A DNA stretch of 48,671 nt from assembly GCA_037443365.1 (NCBI GenBank), contig JBBIOM010000014.1:1-48671 (forward strand), in the 5' to 3' direction. The DNA comes from Armatimonadota bacterium. GTDB lineage: Bacteria; Sysuimicrobiota; Sysuimicrobiia; Sysuimicrobiales; Humicultoraceae. This document shows positions 28,461 through 36,933 of the stretch, in pieces. A model generated the notes under the pieces. The model worked only from the letters and a program-made list of their open reading frames with translations, did no database searches and was not told where the DNA came from. Each line of letters opens with the position of its first letter. The first letter of the stretch is position 1. The position numbers and the translations under genes were made by a program.

Positions 28461-30260
28461 TCAGCGGATGAGGATGGGTATGCGCTCGGACCCCTGGATC
28501 ACCCAGTCGGTCCTGGTGAACCTGGCCGCGGGAACATCGAAACGGGTGAAGTCGCTCTGGGTGGCGGGTAGCCCGAAGGGCAGGACCCGGACCATGATGT
28601 CGGTGTTCTTCCCGTAGTTCTCGAAGAACCTGAGCGCGTTCTCCAGGCTGTCGATGCCCCAGGGCTCGGGCTCGGCGCCGAGCAACCTCGCCAGCTGGTC
28701 CTCCACCGGTGCCTTGGCCGAGTCACCGCCGGCCGACTGCACGACGACGACCGCCGGGCCGCGCGGGAAATCGCGCGGGATCGGAACCTCGATGATTCGC
28801 CTGACCGGGTTCTCGCCCAGGTAGGGCTGAAGGAGGACACCTACCACCAGCGTGCTTCCGGGGCTCACCTCACGGAACATGGCCTGGGCATCCACGATCG
28901 AGGCGGTGACCCGCTTGCGGGTGAGCGAGGTCTCCACGGTGAGGTCATAGGGTGCCAGCCTGCGCAGCTCGTTGTAGAACGCCAGCTCCATCGCGTCCAC
29001 GATGTCCAGCACCGATGCCACGGCCACGTTGCGGGCGCTGTAGAACGTGTTCTCCCGAACAATGGGAGCGGACAGTCCTCCCGCGCGCAGCGTCAACTTC
29101 ACGGTCGCGGTGCCCTCCCCGCCGCCCTGGCCGCGTGCTCGCTCCGTGGCGGAAAGGGCGACCAGCGGGGCCAGCAGCCGTGCCATGTCGGGCCGCCGGA
29201 TCATCTGCGCGCCCAGATGGACGCTCGCGCCGCCATCCAGATCCGTCACGATCACGCGCAGGTTGAACAGCCGTGGCATTGCCCCCAGCGTGCCGGCGAC
29301 CGCTCCTGCCCGATCCTGGTCAACGCGCCCAACCACCGCTCCGAGATTCCCCACCTTGAACGGGCGCGGCAGGGTGCGCAGCACCGTCAGGATCTCTGAC
29401 GCCGTGAGGATGTACTCGACCTCGCCCAGGTTGTCCCAGGGGTGAGCGCAGGCCAGCACGCGATTGCCGATGCGCGTGGTGACCGTGCAGATCCCCCCGA
29501 AGTCAACGTCCCCGCGCACCTGCTGGATCCCAACCGAGCTGCCCGGGACAATCGGAGCGGCCACGAAATCGGCACGGCCGCCGTGCCCCTGCAGGACCTC
29601 GTGCCCCATCGGCCGGATCAGGTCCGCCAGGATTCCGGCCGCCCTGGGGCTGAGACCCCGCGCGAAGACGGCCACCGCAGGGGCGGCCACGGCCAGGCCG
29701 GCCGGGCTTGAGGCCGCAAGGGCGCGTGCCGCGGTCGCCGTGGGAGCGACAAGCACGCGGTCGGCGAGGCGCCCGTTCACCTGGAACGGGCGCGAGGCGT
29801 GGTAGACGCCCCCTCGTCCACCGCTGGGCCGTCGGTGCTCCAGCACCTTGAGCATGTCCTCGATCGGGGTGGCAAGCGCGACATCACGCCTGGGCGCCTG
29901 CCACGCGAAGGAGGCGCTGAGCGCGCCGATCAACCTGCCGTTGATGTACATCGGGCTGCCGCTCATGCCGGCAGCGGTGCCGCCGGTCTTCTCGGCCAGC
30001 GGCCCGTACATGCGAAACAATATCAGCTTGTCTGTGCCCACCGGCCCGCCGCCGGACTGCATTACGTCCATGACCTCGAACTGGAACTCCTCAACGCGCT
30101 GGCCGTGGATCACCGTCTTGCCCACACCCCGCATCCCCGGCCTGATCTCACCAAGCGGCATGATCGCGGGGGCCTGCGCCGCGCTCCCGAGGCCCGGCAG
30201 CAGCAGAGCGCCCACCGCCAGGATAAGCATCACGCCCGGCAACTTCATCCGGTATCTCAA
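28461..30260 (-). CDS. SpoIVB-like peptidase S55 domain protein, exported
   Basis: Signal peptide, IRPGMRGVGKTV, GMSGSP catalytic-serine motif, AHP motif. Confidence 0.88.
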   Translation of the reverse strand: MRYRMKLPGVMLILAVGALLLPGLGSAAQAPAIMPLGEIRPGMRGVGKTVIHGQRVEEFQFEVMDVMQSGGGPVGTDKLILFRMYGPLAEKTGGTAAGMSGSPMYINGRLIGALSASFAWQAPRRDVALATPIEDMLKVLEHRRPSGGRGGVYHASRPFQVNGRLADRVLVAPTATAARALAASSPAGLAVAAPAVAVFARGLSPRAAGILADLIRPMGHEVLQGHGGRADFVAAPIVPGSSVGIQQVRGDVDFGGICTVTTRIGNRVLACAHPWDNLGEVEYILTASEILTVLRTLPRPFKVGNLGAVVGRVDQDRAGAVAGTLGAMPRLFNLRVIVTDLDGGASVHLGAQMIRRPDMARLLAPLVALSATERARGQGGGEGTATVKLTLRAGGLSAPIVRENTFYSARNVAVASVLDIVDAMELAFYNELRRLAPYDLTVETSLTRKRVTASIVDAQAMFREVSPGSTLVVGVLLQPYLGENPVRRIIEVPIPRDFPRGPAVVVVQSAGGDSAKAPVEDQLARLLGAEPEPWGIDSLENALRFFENYGKNTDIMVRVLPFGLPATQSDFTRFDVPAARFTRTDWVIQGSERIPILIR

Positions 30261-30359
30261 CGCACACCCCCTGTCGCGGGCTCGGCCGGAAACACGAACG
30301 ACGGGGTATCAACCCCGTCTCCGGCGAACGGCGTCATCCCGGCGGGCATGGTTCTCCGC

Positions 30360-30677
30360 CTACCTGGGTTCGATTCGAGCAACAACGGTTCCGAGATCTC
30401 GGATGATCGTACCAGACGTCACCAGCATCTCGGCGACCCGGCCGTCCACTGTGGCCCTGGCCGCCACCGATCGCCCTGTCTGCGTCCTGACAAACACAAG
30501 CGGGTCGCCCTCGCTGACGCTGTCGCCCACCTTGGCCAGTCCTTCGGCCAGGACCTCGCCTCTCAGGGTAGCCCGGACCTCAACCAGGGCCCTGGGCGCA
30601 GCGGGAGCCGACGCAGCGGCCCAGGCGAGCGCGATCGCAACGACCAGTGCGATGGATGCCAGCGTGCGCGTGGTCAC
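30360..30677 (-). CDS. exported biotinyl/lipoyl-like domain protein lacking the acceptor Lys
   Basis: Signal peptide; KVGDSVSEGDPLVFV...RATVDGRVAEMLVTSG is a biotinyl/lipoyl fold, but the hairpin reads RTQTG instead of xMKM/TDKA. Confidence 0.75.
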   Translation of the reverse strand: MTTRTLASIALVVAIALAWAAASAPAAPRALVEVRATLRGEVLAEGLAKVGDSVSEGDPLVFVRTQTGRSVAARATVDGRVAEMLVTSGTIIRDLGTVVARIEPR

Positions 30678-30697
30678 CGGTTTCTACCTCGTGTTTC

Positions 30698-30706
30698 ATT
30701 ATAGCA
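30698..30706 (-). promoter_or_regulatory. extended -10 promoter heading the OM cluster
   Basis: Minus strand TGcTATAAT (perfect extended -10) about 20 nt upstream of the GTG start. Confidence 0.7.
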
Positions 30707-30741
30707 CGCACAGCGATATACGCGCCCCGAGCCCGCGGCGT

Positions 30742-31893
30742 TCACCCGGAGAACTCCCGGGGCGGCTGGGCGGTCCGGCCGAACCAGTACCGCAGCGCGT
30801 GCACGATGCGCGGGGCAGCCCGACCGTCCCCGTAGGGGTTGCGAGAGCGGGCCATCGCCTCGCGCTCCCGCGGCTCCGACAGCAACCTGGCGGCGCGCGC
30901 GACGATCCGCTCGCGCGAGACCCCGACAAGCTCGACGGCTCCGGCCCGAACGCCCTCGGGGCGTTCGGTGACCTCGCGCAGCACGAGCACGGGCACGCCC
31001 AGCGAAGGCGCCTCCTCCTGAACGCCTCCCGAATCGGTCAGTATCAGGTAGGCGCGCGACATCAGCCGGACGAACGGGGCGTAGTCCGGGGGATCGATCA
31101 GGCGCGCCCGCGGGTGCCCATCCAGGATCTCCTCGGCCACGCGGCGCACCGCGGGATTGCGGTGGACGGAGAAGACGACCACGGTGTCCGGGAACGCCTC
31201 CAGGAGGTCGAGCAGGGCCAGGTAGATCTGCCGGAGCGGCTCGCCCCAGTTCTCGCGGCGGTGCGTCGTGACGAGGAGCATGCGCCGGGCGTCCAGCCCG
31301 GGCAGGCCATGCGGCAGTTCCGCTTCGGGGCGCCGGACGATCTCCTCCAGGGCGTCGATCACGGTGTTGCCGGTCACCCATACACGGTGGGCCGGGACAC
31401 CCTCGCGCAGGAGATGGTCGCGCGACAGCGCGGTGGGGGCGAAGTGCAGATCGGCCAAGACCGAGGTCAGGCGGCGGTTCATCTCCTCGGGGAACGGCTG
31501 GTACTTGTCCCCGGTGCGCAGCCCGGCCTCAACGTGCCCCACCGGCACGCGATGGTAGAACGCCGCCAGCGCCCCCAGCATCGTCGAGGAGGCGTCACCC
31601 TGAACCAGCACCATCGCCGGCCGGTGCTTGCCCAGCACCGGGTCGAGCCCGGCCAGGGCCCGCGTGCTGATATCGAACAGGGACTGCTCCGGCAGCATGA
31701 TGTCGAGGTCGCAGTCGGGCGTGATGTCGAACAGACGGAGCACCTGGTCGAGCATCTCACGGTGTTGCCCGGTGACGACAACGACCGGCTCGAAATCCCT
31801 GCTCTCGCGCAGGCGCGCCACCACGGGCGCCATCTTCACTGCCTCGGGCCGGGTCCCGAAGACTGTCATGATGCAAAGCCGCGCTGCGCTCAT
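30742..31893 (-). CDS. wecB: UDP-GlcNAc 2-epimerase (non-hydrolysing)
   Basis: FGTRPEAVKMAP, TGQHREML, HVEAGLR, PFPEEMNR, HRREN, TDSGGVQEEAP, NPYGDG. Confidence 0.96.
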   Translation of the reverse strand: MSAARLCIMTVFGTRPEAVKMAPVVARLRESRDFEPVVVVTGQHREMLDQVLRLFDITPDCDLDIMLPEQSLFDISTRALAGLDPVLGKHRPAMVLVQGDASSTMLGALAAFYHRVPVGHVEAGLRTGDKYQPFPEEMNRRLTSVLADLHFAPTALSRDHLLREGVPAHRVWVTGNTVIDALEEIVRRPEAELPHGLPGLDARRMLLVTTHRRENWGEPLRQIYLALLDLLEAFPDTVVVFSVHRNPAVRRVAEEILDGHPRARLIDPPDYAPFVRLMSRAYLILTDSGGVQEEAPSLGVPVLVLREVTERPEGVRAGAVELVGVSRERIVARAARLLSEPREREAMARSRNPYGDGRAAPRIVHALRYWFGRTAQPPREFSG

Positions 31894-32990
31894 CGGGTCA
31901 GCAGGCCCATGCGGCGGGCGCCGACCAGCAGGACCACCGCAATGACGCCCAGCGTGGCGATCGAGCCGGCCCGGTTCACGCCGGCCAGCGCCAGGGCGCC
32001 CAGCCCGAGCAGCGCGCTGATCATGTAGAGCAGGAAGACGGTCTGCCGCTGCGTCAGGCCCCGATCCAGCAGCCGGTGGTGCAGGTGCCCCCGGTCGGGC
32101 AGGTAGATGGGCCGGCGGCCCCGGAAACGCCGGACGATGGCGAAGGCGGTATCCGCGATCGGCACGCCCATCGCCAGGATCGGCACAACCAACGAGATCG
32201 CGGTGTAGGACTTGTAGAGTCCCATCACCGAGAGCCCTCCCAGGACGTATCCGAGGAACATCGAGCCCGAGTCGCCCATGAATATGCGGGCCGGGTTGAA
32301 GTTGTGCCGCAGGAACCCCAGCGAGCTCCCCACCAGGGCCGCCGCCAGCGATATCGCGACAACGTCGCGCTTGTACGCCGCGGTGAGCAGCAGCGTGGTC
32401 CCGGCGATGGCCACGATGCCGGCGGCCAGGCCGTCCACGCCGTCTATGAAGTTGATGATGTTGACCACGGCGACGACCCACACCACAGTGAGGGCCGCGC
32501 CCCACGCGCCCAGCGCGACGCTCTTCCCGGTAAGCGGGTTCGTCAGGAACTGGGTCGCAAGCCCAAACGGGATCAGAACCGACGCCGCGGCCAGCATGGC
32601 CAGGAACTTCAACGCGGGGTGTATACCGCGAAGGTCGTCATAGACCCCGACGGCCATGAGGAAGGTGCCGCCCAGCATGATCCCCAGAATCGCGCGGTCC
32701 GTCTGCATGGCAATGGGAATGCGTATGAACAGGTCCGTTCCGGTCCCGGTGAGCTCTATGGGACGCGTCACCACCATGGCCACGACCGCGGCCGCGGCGA
32801 ACCCGAGGTAGATCGCCACTCCCCCCAGCCGCGGGGTCGGCCGGGTGTTGATGCGCCGGCCGCCCGGGTAGTCGATGGCGCCCAGGCGCCGCGCCACGCG
32901 GCGCACGATCGGCGCCAGGGCGTTGGTCGCCGCCAGCGCCACGAGCCCGACGGCAATGAAGCCCGGGATGGACCAGCCTATGACCGGCAC
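31890..32990 (-). CDS. undecaprenyl-phosphate GlcNAc-1-P transferase (WecA/TagO)
   Basis: TPRLGG, GVYDD, NFIDGVDGLA, NFNPARIFMGDSGS, PDRGHLHHRL. Confidence 0.93.
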   Translation of the reverse strand: MPVIGWSIPGFIAVGLVALAATNALAPIVRRVARRLGAIDYPGGRRINTRPTPRLGGVAIYLGFAAAAVVAMVVTRPIELTGTGTDLFIRIPIAMQTDRAILGIMLGGTFLMAVGVYDDLRGIHPALKFLAMLAAASVLIPFGLATQFLTNPLTGKSVALGAWGAALTVVWVVAVVNIINFIDGVDGLAAGIVAIAGTTLLLTAAYKRDVVAISLAAALVGSSLGFLRHNFNPARIFMGDSGSMFLGYVLGGLSVMGLYKSYTAISLVVPILAMGVPIADTAFAIVRRFRGRRPIYLPDRGHLHHRLLDRGLTQRQTVFLLYMISALLGLGALALAGVNRAGSIATLGVIAVVLLVGARRMGLLTR

Positions 32991-32999
32991 GCGACCCTC

Positions 33000-33953
33000 C
33001 TAGGGGGCAACCGGCTCGCCGAAAAGGGTGCTCACCGAGCGATCCTGGTGAATCCGCGCGATCGCCTCCGCGAGCATGGGGGCGATTGACACGATGCGCA
33101 CCTTGTCTATCCGCTTCGACACCGAGACCGGCACCGTGTTCGTGACAACCAGTTCGCGGATCGGGCTCGCCGCCAGGCGTTCAACGGCCGGACCCGATAG
33201 GATCGGGTGCGTGCAGCAGGCGTAGACCTCCTCCACCCCGCGGCCGATCAGCGCGGCGCTGGCCGCCACCAGCGTGCCGGCGGTGTCCACGATGTCGTCC
33301 ACCAGGACCGCGGTCCGGCGGTAGACCTTGCCGATGACGTGCGTGACTTCCCTCACCTGGTTGGGCCGGTCGCGCCGCTTGTCAATGATGGCGATTGGGG
33401 CTCCCATCTCGGCGGCGAACTCGCGGGCGCGTCCGACCCCGCCGATGTCAGGAGAGACGACGACCGGGTTCTTCAGCTTCTTCTCCTTGAAGTGGGCGGC
33501 GAGCAGCATGCGCGACGGCAGGTGGTCGAGAGGGATGTCGAAGAACCCCCAGATCTGCCCCGCGTGCAGGTCCACCGCCAAGATGCGATCCGCGCCCGAG
33601 GAGGTCAGCAGATTGGCGACCAGCTTCGAGGTGATCGGTTCGCGGGGCCTGGTCTTGCGGTCCTGCCGCGCGTATCCGAGGTAGGGGATGACCGCTGTGA
33701 TGCGTCCGGCCGAGGCCCGGCGCAGGGCGTCCAGTATCACGAGCAGTTCGACCAGATGCTCGTTGACGGGCGGGCTCATCGGCTGTATCACGAAGACGTC
33801 AGCGCCGCGCACGCTCTCCACGATGCGCACGCTGACCTCGCCGTCCGCGAACCGGTAGGTCTCCATCTCCCCGAGCGGAAGGCCGCGCTGCTCGGCGATC
33901 TCCTCGGCCAGCCCAGGGTTGGCGGAACCGCTGAAGATCTTAAGGGGCATCAT
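33000..33953 (-). CDS. prs: ribose-phosphate pyrophosphokinase
   Basis: LKIFSGS, FADGE, YARQDRK, DLHAGQ, VSPDIGG, DDIVDTAGT. Confidence 0.97.
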   Translation of the reverse strand: MMPLKIFSGSANPGLAEEIAEQRGLPLGEMETYRFADGEVSVRIVESVRGADVFVIQPMSPPVNEHLVELLVILDALRRASAGRITAVIPYLGYARQDRKTRPREPITSKLVANLLTSSGADRILAVDLHAGQIWGFFDIPLDHLPSRMLLAAHFKEKKLKNPVVVSPDIGGVGRAREFAAEMGAPIAIIDKRRDRPNQVREVTHVIGKVYRRTAVLVDDIVDTAGTLVAASAALIGRGVEEVYACCTHPILSGPAVERLAASPIRELVVTNTVPVSVSKRIDKVRIVSIAPMLAEAIARIHQDRSVSTLFGEPVAP

Positions 33954-35349
33954 CGTCGCGCCCTGCCCGATCCGGGATTGGGGCGGCGGGCGTCTCGGGC
34001 ATGGGTCTGCGCCGGACGAGCCGCGCGGGCATTCCCACCACCACCCCGCCGTCGGGCACGTCGCGCCGGACCACGGAACCCGCACCGGTCACCGCGCCCC
34101 GGCCGACTCGCACGGGCGCGATCAGCATCGTGTCGCTCCCGATGAAGGCGTCGTCCTCGATGTGCGTGTGGTGCTTGGAACGCCCGTCGTAGTTGCACGT
34201 AACCGTCCCTGCTCCGATGTTGACCCGGGCGCCCACGGTGGCGTCACCTATGTAGCTCATGTGGTGCACCTTGGTGCGATCGCCCACCGTGGCGTTCTTC
34301 ATCTCGGCGAAGTTGCCCACCTCCACGAACCGGCCGAGGCGTACTCCCGGCCGCAGGTGGCTGTAGGGGCCGACACGGCTGCCCTCGCCTATCTCCGCGG
34401 CGGTGACGGTCGAGTAGGAGATGGTCACGCGGTTTCCCACACGTGCGTCGGTCAGGCAGGCCCCCGGCCCTATGCGGCACCCTTCGCCGATCGCAGTACG
34501 TCCCTCCAGCACTGTGCCCGGGAGCAGCGTGGTGTCACGCCCCACGCTGACCCCGGCGTGCACGTAGGTGGTCCCCGTATCCAGGACCGTCACCCCCGCG
34601 GCCATGAGCGCGTCGAGCAGCGCCGCGTTCATGATGGCCTCGGCCCGGGCCAGATCGGCGCGGCTGTTGATCCCTGCGGCCTCCACCCTGGACCCGGTGG
34701 TGACCGCGGCGACGGTCTTCCCGCGCTCCAGCAGGGCGGCGATTGCATCGGTCAGGTAGTACTCGCCCTGCGCATTGGCCGGGCGCAGGGCGCGCACGGA
34801 GTCCCGCAGGGAGCCGCACTCGATGGCGTACACACCGGCGTTGACCTCGCATACCTCGCGCTCCTGGGGCGAGGCGTCGGCCTCCTCGACCACGCGCCGG
34901 ACGTTGCCGCCCGGGTCGCGCAGCACCCTTCCGTAGCCGAATGGGTCGTCCCGCAGGTCGGTGAGAATCGTGGCTGAGGCTCCTGTGAGCCGGTGGTGCG
35001 CCAGCAGGGTCCGGATCGTCTCGGGCCGGAGGAAGGGCACGTCGCCATAGACGATGAGCACGGTGCCCTCGTGCCCCTCCAGGTGGGGCAGCGCCTGCAT
35101 CACGGCGTGCCCGGTGCCCAGTTGCTTCTCCTGCACGGCGTAGCGCGGGCCCTCGCGCAGCGCACTGCGCACCTGCTCTCCCCCGTGCCCTATCACCACG
35201 ATAGGAGAAGAAGCGCCGACGGCGGCCAGGGTATCCAGCACGTACGCCACCATCGGACGCCCGCATATCGGATGAAGCACCTTGGGGAGAGCGGAGACCA
35301 TCCGCTTGCCCTCCCCGGCGGCCAGCACGACCGCTTCGATCTCACTCAT
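33940..35349 (-). CDS. glmU: bifunctional UDP-GlcNAc pyrophosphorylase / GlcN-1-P acetyltransferase
   Basis: LAAGEGKRM, QLGTGHAV, YGDVP, NAQGEYYLTD, hexapeptide domain, NYDG. Confidence 0.97.
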   Translation of the reverse strand: MSEIEAVVLAAGEGKRMVSALPKVLHPICGRPMVAYVLDTLAAVGASSPIVVIGHGGEQVRSALREGPRYAVQEKQLGTGHAVMQALPHLEGHEGTVLIVYGDVPFLRPETIRTLLAHHRLTGASATILTDLRDDPFGYGRVLRDPGGNVRRVVEEADASPQEREVCEVNAGVYAIECGSLRDSVRALRPANAQGEYYLTDAIAALLERGKTVAAVTTGSRVEAAGINSRADLARAEAIMNAALLDALMAAGVTVLDTGTTYVHAGVSVGRDTTLLPGTVLEGRTAIGEGCRIGPGACLTDARVGNRVTISYSTVTAAEIGEGSRVGPYSHLRPGVRLGRFVEVGNFAEMKNATVGDRTKVHHMSYIGDATVGARVNIGAGTVTCNYDGRSKHHTHIEDDAFIGSDTMLIAPVRVGRGAVTGAGSVVRRDVPDGGVVVGMPARLVRRRPMPETPAAPIPDRAGRDDDAP

Positions 35350-35411
35350 GCCTGCACTCCGCAACCTGGAGCGTCCGAAAAGAGGCCCGAACCTGAAAGC
35401 CCATACCCGCT

Positions 35412-35485
35412 TGGCTGCGGGGCCAGGAATCGAACCTGGATTTGAGGTTCCAAAGACCCCCGGCTTGCCGTTAGCCGACCCCGCA
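35412..35485 (-). tRNA. tRNA-Gln (anticodon TTG), CCA encoded
   Basis: Minus strand cloverleaf TGCGGGG-TC-GGCT-AACGGCA-AGCC-G-GGGGT-CT TTG GA-ACCTC-AAAT-CCAGG-TTCGATT-CCTGG-CCCCGCA-G-CCA. Confidence 0.97.
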
Positions 35486-35534
35486 GCACGCAGACCTCAC
35501 AGGGCAATCTTACCCCAGAACCCCTCCCGCGTGC

Positions 35535-35915
35535 CTACGCCAGCGCTATGGCCTCGATCTCGACCAGTGCGTCACGCGGCAGCCCTGCCACGGCCACTGT
35601 AGTGCGGGCCGGCGGCAGTTCCCTAAAGAAGCTGGCGTACTCCTCGTTCATGGGCCCGAAGTCGTTCATGTCCCTGAGAAAGACCGTGGTCTTGACGACA
35701 CGGTCGGGCGACGACCCGGCCGCCTCGAGCACGGCCGCGAGGTTCCCGAGCACCCTGCGGGTCTGGGTCTTGATGTCTCCTCCCAGGAACTGCCCGGTCG
35801 CGGGATCGAGCGCGATCTGGCCTGATAGGAAGAGCATTCCCGATATCCTGATGGCCTGTGAGTACGGGCCGATGGGCATTGGCGCATCGTCGCTGCGGAT
35901 GACTTCCTTGGGCAT
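35535..35915 (-). CDS. ridA: RidA/YjgF enamine-imine deaminase
   Basis: [43 protein letters not shown]. Confidence 0.95.
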   Translation of the reverse strand: MPKEVIRSDDAPMPIGPYSQAIRISGMLFLSGQIALDPATGQFLGGDIKTQTRRVLGNLAAVLEAAGSSPDRVVKTTVFLRDMNDFGPMNEEYASFFRELPPARTTVAVAGLPRDALVEIEAIALA

Positions 35916-35990
35916 CGAACCCTCCTTGACGGGCGTGGGAATCGCCTAGTCGTGTGTTCGAGAGAGCCGGGGTGATTCCCTGGCGGGGCG

Positions 35991-36227
35991 CTACCCGGGA
36001 TCGCCGAGCAGCCGGTCAAGCGCGGCGCGAAGCGCGAGGGGGGCCCGCTCGCCGCTGCACTTCGCCTTGATGATCGCCCGCAGGCGACGCTCGAAATCGG
36101 CATGCTCGCGGCAGTGCAGGCAGGCCTCGATGTGCGCCTCGAGTTCTCGACTCGACGCCTCGTCGGCCTCCCCGTCCAGGAAGGCCCACAGGCGCTCCAG
36201 TACAACGTTGCAGTCTATCTCGCTCAT
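35991..36227 (-). CDS. zinc-binding (ZAS) anti-sigma factor, RsrA/RshA-like
   Basis: DCNVVLERLWAFLDGE...HIEACLHC (C...HxxxCxxC), KCSGERAP; ATGA-coupled to the ECF sigma. Confidence 0.9.
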   Translation of the reverse strand: MSEIDCNVVLERLWAFLDGEADEASSRELEAHIEACLHCREHADFERRLRAIIKAKCSGERAPLALRAALDRLLGDPG

Positions 36228-36865
36228 GACGGCACCTTCGGTGGCGGGCTGGCCGCGTCACGTCCGTACCCGGCCCTGCGCGCGTAGTCCCACAACAGAC
36301 GTTGCAGGTGACGGCGCCCCCTGTACAGGCGCGACATCACCGTGCCCACAGGTATGTCCAGGATCTCCGCGATCTCCTTGTACGAGAACTCCTCCAGGTC
36401 CGCCAGGATGACCGCGGCCCGGAACGGTTCGGGAACGCGCTCCAGGGCTTCCTTGACGTCTGCGTCCATCACGCGCGAGAGCAGTATCTCCTCGGGATCG
36501 CCCGCCTTGCGGTACTGCTCGCTCTCCTGCGCCTTGGCGTAGAGGTAGAAGTCGCCGATGTCCTCCTGGTCCACCTCCTCGGGAAGGCGCGAGGAACGGC
36601 GGTAGCCGTCTATGTACGCGTTCATCAGGATCTTGTAGAGCCAGGCCCGGGCGTTGGTCCCGGCCTCGAAGGTGCCGAACGAGCGCCAGGCCTTCAAGAA
36701 GGTGTCCTGCACCAGGTCCTCGGCGGCTGCGCGGTTGCGCGTCAGCCGGAGCGCCGAGCCGTACAGCCCGTCGAGATGCTCGGCCACCAGCGCCTCGAAA
36801 CGCGCCCGGTCATCGGCCGATGCCTCCACGCCGCGATGCTCAGGAGTCACAAGCAGGGCACCCAT
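36224..36865 (-). CDS. ECF sigma factor, SigR/SigH-like
   Basis: LYGSALRLTRN..AEDLVQDT, FEAGTNARAWLYKIL, LADLEEFSYKEIAEILDIPVGTVMSRLYRGR. Confidence 0.92.
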   Translation of the reverse strand: MGALLVTPEHRGVEASADDRARFEALVAEHLDGLYGSALRLTRNRAAAEDLVQDTFLKAWRSFGTFEAGTNARAWLYKILMNAYIDGYRRSSRLPEEVDQEDIGDFYLYAKAQESEQYRKAGDPEEILLSRVMDADVKEALERVPEPFRAAVILADLEEFSYKEIAEILDIPVGTVMSRLYRGRRHLQRLLWDYARRAGYGRDAASPPPKVPS

Positions 36866-36880
36866 GGTATCCCTCCGTGC

Positions 36881-36906
36881 AACGGAGGGATGAACTGAAG
36901 CATTCC
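36881..36906 (-). promoter_or_regulatory. SigR/SigH-type autoregulatory promoter GGAAT-N18-GTT
   Basis: Minus strand GGAAT gcttcagttcatccctcc GTT: exact 18-nt spacer, immediately upstream of the sigma gene. Confidence 0.75.
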
Positions 36907-36933
36907 CTGGCAGGGGACCATTCGCGCATCCGG

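Noticed and set aside
29848-32028. 726-aa plus-strand ORF and many other long antisense or alternate-frame ORFs (e.g. 2653-4065, 22045-23436, 44764-46242)
   Set aside because: Shadow ORFs of well-supported genes, expected at very high GC; Arg/Ala/Gly-rich with no motifs.
35412-35485. tRNA as a possible integration site
   Set aside because: No integrase and no duplicated tRNA 3' end were found; flanks are housekeeping genes.
35950-35983. CCAGGGAAT upstream of ridA, identical to the -35 context of the sigma promoter
   Set aside because: No GTT at 17-19 nt spacing, so not called as a SigR-type promoter.
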